A stretch of DNA of 61,867 bases, counting the filler, from Fonticula-like sp. SCN 57-25 (lineage: Eukaryota): assembly GCA_001724245.1 (NCBI GenBank). It is 11 parts of 11 records of this genome, joined end to end, with 100 filler letters (N's around TTAATTAATTAA, not from the genome) between each part and the next. Parts side by side here need not be neighbours in the genome. Positions count along the whole stretch, not along the records: positions 11,327 to 16,869 come from MEDX01000553.1; positions 16,970 to 22,503 come from MEDX01000554.1; positions 22,604 to 28,134 come from MEDX01000555.1; 8 more parts are not named here. One strand, given 5' to 3'. The notes under the pieces were generated by a model. The model made no database searches, was not told where the DNA came from, and was given only the letters and a program-made list of their open reading frames with translations. Numbering within the stretch: position 1 is the first letter of the stretch; each line of letters begins with the position of its first letter. This document shows, one piece after another, positions 12,855-25,600 of the stretch. The position numbers were made by a program, and so were the translations under genes.

Positions 12855-13226
12855 CTAGTACTGGATGAGATCCGGCCGCGTGTCGCCAAACCGCCTCGAC
12901 CATCCCTTGAACCCGTTGGCCAGGACGCGCACCTCCACGCTGTGGCCCTCTACCTTTTTCAGCTGGGTCACAAAGCGCGCGGCGCAGCTCGGCCCGCGAA
13001 CCTGCGAGAGCATGCAGTGGAACACGACCATGTCGTGGTTACGCAGCTCATCGACCAGCGACACGACCCGATCGTCAAATGACTCTGACGGGACATTCAC
13101 AGCCCCGGGAATGCAGCCACCCTCAAAGTCCTCGTCGCGCACATCAATAATGGCGACGCGCGACGACCAGCCCGGCGTCCCAAGCACCTCGGCTAGCTCG
13201 TCCGCGCCGATCCGCACTATCGACAT
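12855..13226 (-). CDS. Cdc25-like small rhodanese phosphatase / arsenate reductase (Ibp1/Ych1/ACR2 type)
   Basis: IIDVRDEDFEGGCIPGAVNVPS; active site FHCMLSQVRGPSCA. Confidence 0.9.
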   Translation of the reverse strand: MSIVRIGADELAEVLGTPGWSSRVAIIDVRDEDFEGGCIPGAVNVPSESFDDRVVSLVDELRNHDMVVFHCMLSQVRGPSCAARFVTQLKKVEGHSVEVRVLANGFKGWSRRFGDTRPDLIQY

Positions 13227-13483
13227 GGCCACGTGGTGAGTGATGACTGACAACAAACACAGAGCAATGTGAGTGCAATGGTGTCGGCAAACGGATGGAT
13301 TATGCAGGCCAATGCGCGGCCAAGTGCTGTAGCAACTTGCGGCCTTTGCTTTACAAGGACTTTAGTTTCTCTGGCCAGGTCGTGCGCGAGGTGCATCCTA
13401 TATGACCATACACAAAATATGATGGGCGGTGCATGTTTTACGTCAAGGGGACGAGCGCATTTGATTATATTACACACGCGGGC

Positions 13484-14429
13484 TTAAATGATTTGCTCGA
13501 GCTCCTTGGCGTATGTGAGCGAAAAGCCGATAAGCTGAGTGGCGGGGATGTCGGCGCGCGAGCGCGTCTGCGTGAGGTTCTGCAGCGTGATCCGCTTGCT
13601 CGTCTCGTCCACTGTCCAGTTGCGCTGCGCGGTCAACGTAGTTAGCTATCAATTACTGAGCCGCAAAGTACGCACCTCCTGAATAAAGAGCAAAAGCTCC
13701 TGCTCGCTGGCAATGTTGAGCAGCTTGGCGGCATCGGCCATCGACAGGGAGCTGTAGGCGCGCTCGCTGCACGAGGCGATGGCGTGGCGCGCGGTCGTAA
13801 CAAGCGTGTCCAAAAGGACACCGTACTCGGGCGCCGGAAGAGCATCGCGGTTCTTAAAGATTTTGTTGTACGCGCCCTCCATGAACCACTGCTCCATCGC
13901 GACAGGGTAGCGGATGAAGGGGTCCGACAGCATGAGCTCGGGGCTCACCAGCTCGAGCGCCGAGTGGAACGCGGCAATCTGGTTCTGGGCAATAAGCCGC
14001 AATAGGTTGAGGCCAACAACCATATTCTCCCGCGGGGAAGCGGGCAGCAGGGAGCTGCGCAGCGCAGGGTCAGCCAAGGGGCAGGAGAGGCCGGTGTTAA
14101 CCGACGAAAAGGCGTACCGCAAGTCATAGTAGAAAGGCTTCAAAAGGGCCATGTTGCGCTCAAACGCGTCAAGGTCGAGCGCGCGCACATTGAGAACAAT
14201 CGCGCACTCCAAAATGCCGCCTACCCACACCGCGCGTCAGTTTCCGGAAATCAAGAGCGGGCATCGTACGCGCTGGGAGGAGAATGGCAGGATCGCGGCA
14301 CGTTCCGTCCAAGGCGCCCGAGCGCACGACCAGCAGCTTGGCACGGGTCAACGCTGGCTCAAACGTCACCGAGTTGCCACCCTTGGCAACTGCAGCCTGC
14401 AGCTCGTCATGCGATGCCTGCAACGACAT
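13484..14429 (-). CDS. RPN12: 26S proteasome lid subunit Rpn12/PSMD8
   Basis: GLNLLRLIAQNQIAAFHSALE, EQWFMEGAYNKI, C-terminal YAKELEQII*. Confidence 0.95.
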
Positions 14430-14570
14430 GGCGGAGGTATACGCTTCAAGCTGCGGATGACGCAAAGTGGAATCAAAATTTGCAAATTTGTATGATCCAA
14501 TCGGATGGGGGATACGGTTCAAAGAGCCAATGAGGAACGGCCACTAATATGTATTAAAAGGAACAGAGAT

Positions 14571-15757
14571 CTAGCCTCGAACAATGTCGAGCATCCACCG
14601 GTGGAGGTCCTTCTCCTCACCCAGCTGGATTGCGCGGAGAGCATCGGCAAGCTCCACGAGCCTGCCTCCGTCCCTCGGGACCGGGATCGAAAACTCCTTG
14701 TCGTTGTAGTAAATCTTGGTGACGAGGGTGCACATTGCGGCCGTGCCCGTGGCGGCCACCTCGGAAAAGTTGCCGACCTCCTTGAGGAATTCGATGGGGC
14801 GCTTGGCAACGTCCAGCCCAAAATCCTGCGCGAGGGAAATGAGCGAGTCGTTTGTGATGCTGGGGAGGACGTTTGGCGAGTGCGGCGTCACGTAGGTGCC
14901 GTCCTTGAGCACGGCAATAAAGTTGGAAGAGTTGAACTCTTCAATAAACTTGTGCTCCTTCGGGTCCAAGTAGAGCGACAGGTGGCCGCCCTTGGAGGCC
15001 GCGATGTTGTTGGGCATGATCGTCGGGGCATAGTTGCCGGCCACCTTGTAGGCGCCCATGCCGAGCGGCGCCGAGCGGTCAAACTCGGTCACCACATACG
15101 CCGCCACGGGCTCTGAGCCATAGTAGCTGCCATTCACCGGCGTCACCAAAATGTAAAACAGAAACTCGTCCGCTGACCTGAGCCCGAGCTGGGCGCCAGA
15201 GCCCATCAGCACAGGGCGGATGTAGAGCGCGCCTTCGCCATACGCAGGCACAAACTCCTTATTCTCCTTGATCACCATCGAAAGCTACACACAGCGTCAG
15301 CACGAAAAGAAAAGAAAGGAGAGTACGGTACGTACAGAGTCCATAAAGAGCCAGTTGGGGACGGCGGGCATGTGCATGCGAGCCGCAGCGTCGGCCATGC
15401 GCAGAAAGTTGGATTGCGGCCGGAAGGCGCGAATCTGGCTGACGTCAGCAGCCGAGCAAGCACGAGCAGGTAAAGTGACATACCACACCGTCCTTTCCGC
15501 GGAAAGCCTTGAGTCCCTCAATGATGCTCTGGCCATAGTTGATCGCGGTGGCTCCGGCGTGAATCGGGATGTGCGGGTCCTTTTGAAACACAGGCTTCGA
15601 CCATTGGCCCGAGCTCCACTTTGCACTAGGATATACGGTAAGCAGCGGAACGCCAAACGATAACCAATTGCACGAACATTACGATGCCAGCGGTGGGCAC
15701 GTAGCCAAAGCTTGCCTTACTCTCCGCCCCTGCCTTGTTGTCCGTTGCCTCCGCCAT
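14571..15757 (-). CDS. ilvE: Branched-chain amino acid aminotransferase (PLP class IV)
   Basis: NYGQSIIEGLKAF, LYIRPVL, AYKVAGNYA (PLP lysine), YLDPKEHKFIEE, VLPSITNDS, GTAA. Confidence 0.93.
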
Positions 15758-15969
15758 GTCGACGCTGTCAGTTCATGGAATTTAATCGTCTCAATTTGTC
15801 CCATATAAATCATCATGGATGGGCCTGATTGTGAGACAATTTCAGCTGCATGACGAGTGATGTAGATATCATACATTGGGGAAGCTAGCAGGAGCTACAA
15901 AACCATTCATGCTGTGGAGATACCTTTGGAGATATGCTTTGTGCTCGTTCAATGAACGTGATAATATGA

Positions 15970-16848
15970 TTATGATGAAAGGCCCTGCGTGCCGCGGTTG
16001 GCAAGATCCTTGTTGAGATTCGCGTCCAGCTCAGCCTTGGTCTTGGCCTCGATCTCGCGAATTTCCTCCATGGTAAGGCCGAACCACCGGTCAAGCCAAC
16101 AGAAAAGCTACAAACAAAAAGAGCGTCAGCAGGGTGCTCGGCAGTTGCCGCATGGGAAAGGGCCAGCAAAGTGGAGGCATACCTGGCGGTGGAAGCGGTT
16201 GAGAAGGTACGCGTTGGTTCGCTGAATAAAGGCTTCAACGCGGCTTTGTAGTCCAAACCATTTGAACTCGGCAGAGACAACTTTGTACGCACACATGACG
16301 GGCTCTGATGTCGAGATCCACCCCGGCGCGAGAGGGCCGCGGCCGGTCTTCTCCGACTTTACCAGCGTAGGATCCTCGTCCGCCTTGTAGTCCTTCGGGT
16401 GCACCGGGTCAACGGCAATGTCAACAATGGATACCTCTCGCTTCGCAAGTGCCGATCCCTCAAGGTTAAGCGCATTCTCGGTCGTGCCGGCATCGGCAAG
16501 GTGCATCGTCTCGAGGACAATGCTAAACTTGTCCTTCATGTACTCGTTCGTCATCACCGTCTTGCAGTACGGGTACGCGTTCCATGCCTTTTCATGAAGC
16601 TCAAGCGCGCCCGCAGGCGCTAGCAAACGAATGAAGGCGGGCACCTTTTGCGACAAATGCCAGACCTTGTGCGTGTACTGCCCTTTGCGTCCGGTCGCCT
16701 CATCCTCGAACGGCTCGTTCACGAGAACCTCGATTCCTTCACCTCCTCCAGTTTCGAGCTTGCTCGCCTCTGCGACGCTATACAGCTGCCCGACCTGGTA
16801 CTCGTCGACGGTGAGCGGAAGGACGATGCGGTACTCCCGGATCAGCAT
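15970..16848 (-). CDS. PITPN: Class I phosphatidylinositol transfer protein (PITP alpha/beta type)
   Basis: [73 protein letters not shown]. Confidence 0.96.
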
Positions 16849-16969
16849 TGCCTACCTCCTACGCGCTCGNNNNNNNNNNNNNNNNNNNNNNNNNNNNNNN
16901 NNNNNNNNNNNNNTTAATTAATTAANNNNNNNNNNNNNNNNNNNNNNNNNNNNNNNNNNNNNNNNNNNN

Positions 16970-18975
16970 CCAGGCTGGCCAGTACGCGCCTTTTTTCATT
17001 ACTTTTCGATACTTTTTGTTGCTAACGGCTGCTGAAAATCAGCACGGCGGGCTGCGAAGTGCTGTTGCGTGCTGGCGCGCACCACACGCTGTGCGACAAG
17101 GAGAACCAATGGACCCCCCTCTTCTTTGCCGCGAACGAAGGCCACCTTGGCTGCGCGCGCCTTCTTCTTTCCGCCGGCGCGCAGGTTGACGCCGTCGACG
17201 ACAGCGGCTGGACGCCCTTTTTGCACGCGCTCTACGCCGGCCACATGGAGGCGGCCGCGCTCATGCGGTGCTCCCCCGAGCTCGCCGCCGCGCGCGCCGT
17301 GCGCACATCTCCGCCGTCGCCGCTCGTCGGGTCGCTCAAGCCCGCCGACGCGCCGCCCGCGCAGCCGACGCAGCAGCACGCCGCGATGGACGTGCTCGAC
17401 CTGGACGGCATCCCGTCGCTCGCGCTGCCGCCGCCGATCCTGCCCACAAAGGTGTACGGCCACCAGTCGCTCAAGGAGAACGCGCAGCTGCACATCCGAC
17501 TGGGCGGCGCAGGCCAGCCGCCACTCACCCTCGTGTACGCTCTTGACACGATTTTTTGATATGATAATGTGGATATATGTGCTTATTTTTCGTGCGCAGC
17601 CCCGAGCGCCGTCTCGCCTCGATGAAACTGATTATGCGCACGATGACTGGCATTGTCGAGAGCGTTGTTCTCCCCATGGAAGACGACACTGAAACCTTTG
17701 TACTGTCCCTCCCCTCTCTCGACAACTTTTCGCTCCAATTCGACCTCCTCCCCACCTTTGGCTCGCAGCTCATTGGCCGCGCCGCCGCCCTGCCCGCCGC
17801 CTTTGCCTTTGCCGCCTCGAGCGCGTCGCGCGGCACGATCGTCTGCCCCGTCTTTGACACGTACCTGCAAGTGATTGGCGAGCTCTGCTTTGACTTTGTC
17901 TTGATATCGCCGTACTCGCAGGTCGGCCGCACGCCGCCCAACCCGCACGCGCCGACGTACTGGAAGTCGACGGTGGCGCCGCCGACGCCGCCAGAGCGCG
18001 GCGGCCCCGCCGGCGCGGCGTCGCTCGTCCTTTCTTCGTCGCTCGCGCAAGAGTACGTCGTGCTGCCGGTCCAGATGACGCGCGACGCGCACGTGGTCGT
18101 GCACGACGTGCGCGGCATGCTCGACCTGCCGTTTCAGCTGTCCGTCGGCGACCTCGCGTTCGCGGAAGTGATGCGGTTGAGGCCGCCGACTGTGTACGAG
18201 GCAATGTTTGGGAAAGTTGGCGGTGTCGCGGCGCAGCGCACAGTGTCGCTTCACGAGGCGCTCAGCGTACGAAAACTGACATAAATCCATATTTAAAACA
18301 CGTTTTGTACTGATTTTGTCGCATTTTAGCTGCTGCCGGCGGGTGTTGGCGCGTGCGTGGAGCTTCTTTCGCCGCCGTCGTCGGCCGCGTTTGACCCGAA
18401 TGCGGTTATTGACACGCTGCTGGATGTGACGTACGCGGCGGCGGGGACGAGGTCGCTAATGTTTTGCGCGGATGAGCCGCATCTCTGCTTGACGCTCAAT
18501 CTCAAGCAGGCAAACTACCCAGTGTTTTTCAGGTGCGTAATAATGACATTTTAGTGGGAAATTGAAATGTTGTGGCGTGAATTGTCATTTTTTGGTTCTT
18601 TTGTGCTGTATTGAACACATTTTTGTTGTTTTCCGATGTATTTTCAACCGTTTCGCTCCATTTTTGCTCCATTTTCGCCCCTTTTGCTCACCCCCAATTA
18701 GGACGCGCGCCGGAATGGAACGTCGTTCGACCGACGCCCGTTGCAACTCTCTCCACCAAGCCGTCCGCTTTGCCAAATCCGCCAACCTTCTCGGCATTTT
18801 CTGCGACGCCACGCCGCTCGGGTGGGCGCCCGCGCTCGCGGCGGTCGTCAAGGAGGCCGGCGTCGTGCTGGGCACATTTGGCGCGGCCAACGACGACGCG
18901 GCGACAGTGCAGGTGCAGGAGAGGGCGGGTGTCGATGTGGTGCAGATTGGCGCAAAGCTGCATGTAAGGCGGTGA
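16970..18975 (+). CDS. Ankyrin + degenerate GDPD protein, Pho81/NUC-2-like (5' partial)
   Basis: Ankyrin repeats (WTPLFFAANEGHLGC), LALPPPILPTKVYGH, TYWKST, SSLAQEYVVLPVQMTRD (no HRG motif), AVRFAKSANLLGI. Confidence 0.75.
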
Positions 18976-19228
18976 TTGGCCGCAGTGTATTTACATAATT
19001 GTACTGTTGAGTGATACAAATATATAGACAGAGAACGTTATTGTACGCAGAGATGATGTAAATGCTGCCAATATGGGCTTTTTGCTGTGGTTTTTGTGCT
19101 TAGAAATGATTGCGGATGACCACAAATGTGTGTAGTTGATGGTACTCTACAGTACCTTCTGTGCATATTCGTCAGATATACAACTCATTAACCACTATAT
19201 TATGCAAAAAATATGACACATGATCTTC

Positions 19229-20866
19229 CTAGTCGACCGCGATCCCCTCGTAGACTGATCTCGATCGCGCATCGATTGGTATCCTCTTTGCCCTCAACAC
19301 GAGCACACCCGCGACGCCCGCCGCGAGCCCGCCGAGCAGCACCGGCATCCACACGTTCATATTGGGACACGTCTCGAGCGCGCACGATCGCGATGCCCCC
19401 GTCGTGACATCCGAGATGAAGAAAAGGATGCCCGTCGCCAGCGACTGGAACAGTTTGAAATTTGCAAACGCCGACGCGCTGCTGTCGCGGAAGAGAAAGC
19501 CAAGAATTCCCGAAATTTGGGTGTTAAAGGCGGCGTCGCCAAAGCCGAGAAGGCACGCAACGGGCATGAGCACGGCGAGGTTGTTGAGCGAGTCAAAGAT
19601 GAAGAGCACAATGTAGGCGGCGGTTTGGCAAAGGGCGCCGAGAAGGAGAAGGGGGAGGCGGCCGACACGGTCGCTCACGCGGCCAAACACAATCGAGCCG
19701 GCGGCGTCCGTCACGCCGAGCGTCGCAAGCATGTACTACAAGCAAAAGTGTTGCAATTTGAGCTTGAAATGCGCGGCAAAAGTAAGAAAAAACGCACGAG
19801 CTTGACGGAAAGGTCGCTCATGCCGCCGTCGGGGGCGAACCCGTTGATGAAAAGCGGCAAATTGCCGCTGAAAAACGTCTGTGTGATGCCAGTGTAGGCG
19901 ATGAAAAAGGAGAGGCAGAGCATGCGAAAGTCGAGCATGACGTGCACGACGTTGAGGACGAGCGCGCGGACGGACGTCGGGTCGTCGGCGCCGCCATTAT
20001 TCACAGACTCGCTGGCGGAGCGGCCGACGGGGCGAAGAAAGAGGAATAAAAGGACGCCGCCAAAGCCGACGGCGGCCAAAATGGTAAACAAAAGTATCTA
20101 TTTGTTCATTAGAACACGAATCATATCGTAAAAGACGCACAGTGTCAACGTCGGCGTTAAGGAGCGTGGCCGCGCCAATGTTGCCGAGGATCAAATTGGA
20201 GATGAAAATAAAGAAAAATGTTCCAGAAAACGTTCCAAGCGTCGACTCGTCGGCGCATAATGTAACATAAGAGCTGTACGGCTGTTAGCGCGCTGCACGT
20301 GGCGCATGCGATCGCGCGTACCCCTGCGCCGTCCAGATGGTTGATGCGCCCAGGCCGAGGACTGCCGCCGACGGGATCATGACGCCAAACTGAATCGACG
20401 GCTCGCCCTCGTACTTGAGCGCAAGCACATTGGCAATAACGTACCAGACGTATGATACTCCACCCACAAACAACGCGAATCGAAGGCCGATCCGATGCAC
20501 GATCAGGGGCGAGACAAACGTCGCTAGAGCAAAGACAATATAGAGCGTCCCGAGGCTCCAAAAGCCCAATTGGCCGACGAAAACGGACGAGGAAAGGTTC
20601 TAAACCGCATAGCTCAGCCAGCATTGCTAGGGGACGGTGGACGTACCGAGACGACGGTAAAGGCAGAGAACAACAGGAGAAAACCAATGCCGAGGATGAT
20701 GACATCGCGGATCCGACCGTGCTCCTACCCCGATTAGCACAATATCAAGACCATATATCGCCACGCCGCATACCTTTCCGTGTGGCAGGCCGTCGTAAAG
20801 CGCGCTCTCCACCAGCGGCGACGTCGCGCTGCCCTTTGTGTCGTCCTCGTCGTCTGACTGCGACAT
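19229..20866 (-). CDS. UNC-93-like/MFSD11 MFS membrane protein
   Basis: GFWSLGTLYIVF, LGLGASTIWTAQG, LLGFGDAAFNTQI, SAFANFKLFQS. Confidence 0.88.
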
Positions 20867-20905
20867 GGCGGGCAACGATTTGCGCAGTCAGCGTTTCGGA
20901 CGATC

Positions 20906-22013
20906 ATGGAGGCCGCGGAGGTCACGGACGGCATGTTGATGCGATCGGGCCGGCTATACACGAGCTCTAACCGACTCGCTATGGGCGAGGGTCATGCGCC
21001 ACCGTCTGACGAACTGGACGAAAAGTACGACGACGCGCCGGGCGACGCCGTGCTTGTTCGATCGAATCAGGTGCCGCGGTACCTCCGGGAACCGTATGTC
21101 GAGCGCGGGTACCGCCGCGAGTCGCGGTCGTTTGCCACGAGCGCTCTCTCGCTGTTTCACGTACACAACCAGACGGTCGAGGTTGTCTCGCACGTAGTGG
21201 CGCTTGTGGTGTACGCGTGGCTCGCTCTGCTCACCGCCGACATGCTGCGCCATGACCCTCGGGTACGCCGATCCCACCTTCACATGATGACACTGACACG
21301 CAGTGATCAGGCGCTGCCCGCCGACTATCTTCTCTTTGGCGTTTACTACGTGTGTGTGTGGTTGTGTTTTGCGAGCAGCGCCGCGTACCATCTTTTGGGG
21401 AACCACTCGCGCGCCGTGCACGATCTCGTGTACCGCATCGACCGCGCTGGCATCGTCGCGCCGTGCTTTGGATCGCTCCTCCTCCTCAGCTCCTACGTCA
21501 CGCAATGTCACGACAGTGCACGCGCGTACCACCTCTCTGCCAGTACGCGCACTACCTCCCTCTCGCGCCTCGCTTACCCGCCGCCGCAGCCCTCGTGACG
21601 TGCGCCGTTGTCCTCTCGTCGGTCCTGCGCGAGCAGCAAGGCCGCAATAGGGCCATGAGTATCGCCATATCAATTGGCATGTTTGCCGTCGGACTCGCAT
21701 GCGTTTTTCATATGATTGCACTTATTGGCGACGAGGGCGCTTTCATGGCGCGCCGTTTCCTGACAACGTACGCGTTCTACGGGGCAGGCGTCGTGTTCTA
21801 CGTGTGGCACATTCCCGAGCGGTGGTCGCCGGGTTCTTTCGACTTTATGGTACGTGGTGGAAGTAAATAGGGTTGCTGTGGCTGCATGCTGACGCACAGG
21901 TGCAGTTTAAAAGCCACCAGTTATGGCACATTTTGGTGTTTATCGGTGCTACCAATTTCTACTTTCTCGTCATTGAGACATACGAGTGGTCCAAGCGCAC
22001 CACATGCACATAA
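20906..22013 (+). CDS. PAQR/AdipoR (hemolysin-III) 7TM protein (start 20906 or 20981)
   Basis: EPYVERGYR, SLFHVHNQTVEVVSH, SSAAYHLLGNHS, IDRAGI, IPERWSPGSFD, SHQLWHILV. Confidence 0.9.
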
Positions 22014-22194
22014 TTTTGCATAATATTCAACAATACATTCCTTTGCTTGTTTATGTACACTATTTTATATGTGAAACGTGTTTCCGGCCGTGTCCGGCAC
22101 TGAAGCTGCTGCATCGAGCCCCATCGGGGTGTACACCCCAAATCATGTCATCGTGACTTGAAATCAGCACACCCCAGTCTAAACTTGAACAACA

Positions 22195-22503
22195 ATGCGT
22201 CGGGCAGGAGTCGCCGCCGGGCGCCTCGCCCTGGCATCCCTCGCCCCCGCCGCCTCGCGCTCTTACCTGACGCGCGCCGTGCCCTCTTCCCAGTCTAACT
22301 CTCGGCATGGCGCTGCCGCTGCGCGCGGCGTCCTTGCGGCCGCTGCAGCCATGGCGGCGGCATCGTTCACGGTCGCCCACTGCGAGCAGAAGCCCATCAC
22401 CGTACGTGACGCGCACCATCCCTATCTAAACCGCCGTACTTACCGCTTTGCTCTCTCTTTCGCAGAAGGAGCCGATGAGCGAGGCGTCGTGGGTTCGCCG
22501 CCT
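22195..22503 (+). CDS. Probable mitochondrial protein, N-terminus only
   Basis: Arg/Ala/Ser-rich presequence, Ala-rich hydrophobic stretch, AHCE motif, GTACGT intron; cut by contig end. Confidence 0.5.
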
Positions 22504-22670
22504 NNNNNNNNNNNNNNNNNNNNNNNNNNNNNNNNNNNNNNNNNNNNTTAATTAATTAANNNNNNNNNNNNNNNNNNNNNNNNNNNNNNNNNNNNNNNNN
22601 NNNATTGTCTCCTGTCGCATTGTTCTTTCCTTCTTCGCGGCTCTCCGCACCCGCGCGCACCCCGGACACG

Positions 22671-25600
22671 ATGAGGGGCGGCACCAAGGGCGCGCGCACT
22701 GGCGTGCTCTTGCTGCTTGCCGTATTGCTGCTGGGAACTTGTACGCTACCTTTGTAAAGATCTTGTCGATTGCGTGCTCACCCGGCTGAAACAGTGGCAC
22801 AAAACAACAAACTGACCACGTCGGACAACTATCAGACGGGAACGTATCATGCGGATTCGCCAATGCGCGCCGGTTACGAATTTACATACTGGGAGTCTGG
22901 CATAGCTTATACGTCAATGGTGTATACTGTTGGCGTCTGGGGATCAGGAACAGAACCGCAAGCCGCCGCGTACCATGTATTTGACTTTAGGGGGGTTGCC
23001 GTACGGCTATTTTGTGTGAAAGCTTTCTCGTTTAGCTGATCAATCGTCATCTCTTGTAGCCCAACCCGTCCAGATTTTGCGCAACGGGTCAACCCAAGAT
23101 TTTTGTCCATTTTTCCGGCGGTGGTTATGCAGACTGGGTAAGGAACATCAACTTTGATGTTCCATCCACGTTGCCGTACGTGAGACGCGCCCGATAGCGG
23201 CTCTTTCTAAACATGTCGGAACTTATTATTAGCGACTTCCCGACGCTTACGTGGAACACCCAACCATCGTTGTCGTCCTATATCAGCCGAGCTACTGCCA
23301 TTGAATACCCTTATTCACATCAGTACGGATACGTTCCGCGTGCGCCGCGTTCTTACGACAATCGAAGGGGCTTTTACAGAATTGCTTTATCCGCAACCTT
23401 TCTCAATGCAGCTGTTCACCAAAGATACGACAAGGTTCGATTAATTATTTGGCACTGACTGAAAGTGGGCATTGTTCTTACTACTTGCCTTTATTTACCA
23501 GGCGACAATTCGACACAGCCATGCCTCGGATATTGTGACAAATTGGAGTACACACATGCTAAGCGAAGGAACCCTCAAGCCCTACCTCCTATTTGACTAT
23601 ACGACTTGCCACACAAATGCGCAATGCGTTAATGATCAGTGCGTGTGCAACCAACACTACAGTGGATCCGGAGCTACTTGCACCTGTACGATCGTCACCC
23701 CGCGCGCCCGCCGCCTGCCGTCTTGTCACCTCTCACCAGGAATGCCTCTTTAGATACCTCATGCGACCCGACGACTGTGGGCAACGCCAATTTCCCTCTC
23801 ACTCTCACTGGCGTCGTTGCGTACGGTACCTGCGCTACGGGATACCAACTTGGCGAAGGTACTCCTGCGGCCCTGTGTTCCGAGTCTGTCTGGAGCAGTA
23901 TTTTCAACCCTTGCGTTCGTACGTGGATAACCTGCCCTGTCAGCTTTTAAGCTTACGCATCTTCAAGCGACAACGTGCAGCGCGGACAATTCGGGCTCTG
24001 TTGGCTTTGCCCGGTATCCTCTCACCAACGCCGGCAACACCGCCACGGGCTCGTGCATCAGCGGATATACTGGATCCGCTTCCCGCCTCTGCCAGTCCAA
24101 CGGGCAGTGGGCCGCAACCGCTACCGTGTCGTGCAGTCGTATCAAGTGCCCGGCCGCCTCCATGGGCAATGCCAACTTCCCGGCCACTGACAGCATGACG
24201 ACCGGGAGCGGCGTGTGCATCGGCGGCTACTCGGGGACGCCCACGAGCGCGTGCTCGGATTCCGGCACATGGGGCACTGTCGTCAACGCCTGCACCCGTA
24301 CGAACGCGGCGTTAATTACATTCCATTGCTAATTATGGCGATAGGCACCCGCTGCGCTGAGCTCGATGACACTGTCAACAACGCAAATTGGCCTGCTACC
24401 GATGCTCTGCTGGAAGCCACGGGAACGTGCTTTGTTGGATTTGAAGGATCTCCCAAGCGCATGTGCCAGGCGGACGGAGCGTGGGCTGCCGGCATTACGG
24501 GATCGTGTGTTCAAATCACGTGCTCTGTGCAGCAGGCGTTCAAGAACGCCGACTGGCCGTCCACGGCGGCGGGAACTACCGCGACCGGCACCTGCGTGTC
24601 TGGCTACGGCGGCACTACCCAGCGCCAGTGCAAGCTGGACGGCACCTGGTCCGACGACGTGTCGCCTACTTGCGCCAGGAACGTCTGCGCCGCTGACACG
24701 TTTGGTAACGCGACCTGGCCCGCCAACACCCTGTCGATGACGTCCGCGGTCGGCACGTGCGTCGCTGGGTTCACCGGCACCCCTTCGCGCGCCTGCAACG
24801 CCGATGGCTCGTGGGCGTCGTCGATCACGAATCCGTGTGTGCAGCTTTTCTGCTCGTCGGCTCAGCAGAATGACGCCAACTGGCCGCACACTGCCGCCGG
24901 CACTGCGAATGTTACCGGCGAGTGCGTCTCTGGCTACAGCGGCTCGCCCGTGCGCGGCTGCGATCTGAACGGCAACTGGTTGTCTGTGACTGTCCCGTGC
25001 ACGCGCAACCGCTGCGAGGCTGTGACCGAGGGCTTTGCCAACTGGACCGCGACCGATTCACTCACGTCGGTTTCCGCGACGTGCCAGGCCGGCTACCACG
25101 GCAGCCCGAGCCGCACCTGCGGCGCCGACGGCACCTTTGGCGAGATCATCAACCCTTGCCAGCGTATCGTGTGCAGCGCTCACAACCAGGACAATGCGCA
25201 GTGGCCCGACACGGACTCTGGGTACACTGCAAATGGCGTTTGCGACCTTGGCTCGGTTGGATCGCCGACCAGGAACTGCAGCATGACCGGATTGTGGGGC
25301 GCCATTGTGTCGCCGTGCGTGCGGATCACCTGCGCGGCCACCAATGACTCGTCCGCGTACGCGCTGTTCCCCGTGGCCAACGCCGGTGACTCGAATGTGG
25401 CCGGATCGTGCTATGATGGCATGTCTGGGTTCCCTGCGCGCGACTGCTTTTACAACGGCACGTGGTCGGAATCGAGGAACCCGTGCAGCACAACACCGTG
25501 CCCCGCTCTTCGCAACAACGGAAACGCGGACTGGGAGAGCCCCGATGACGTCAACCAGCTCGTGAATGGCACGTGCGTGGCCGGCTACAACACGAGCCTT

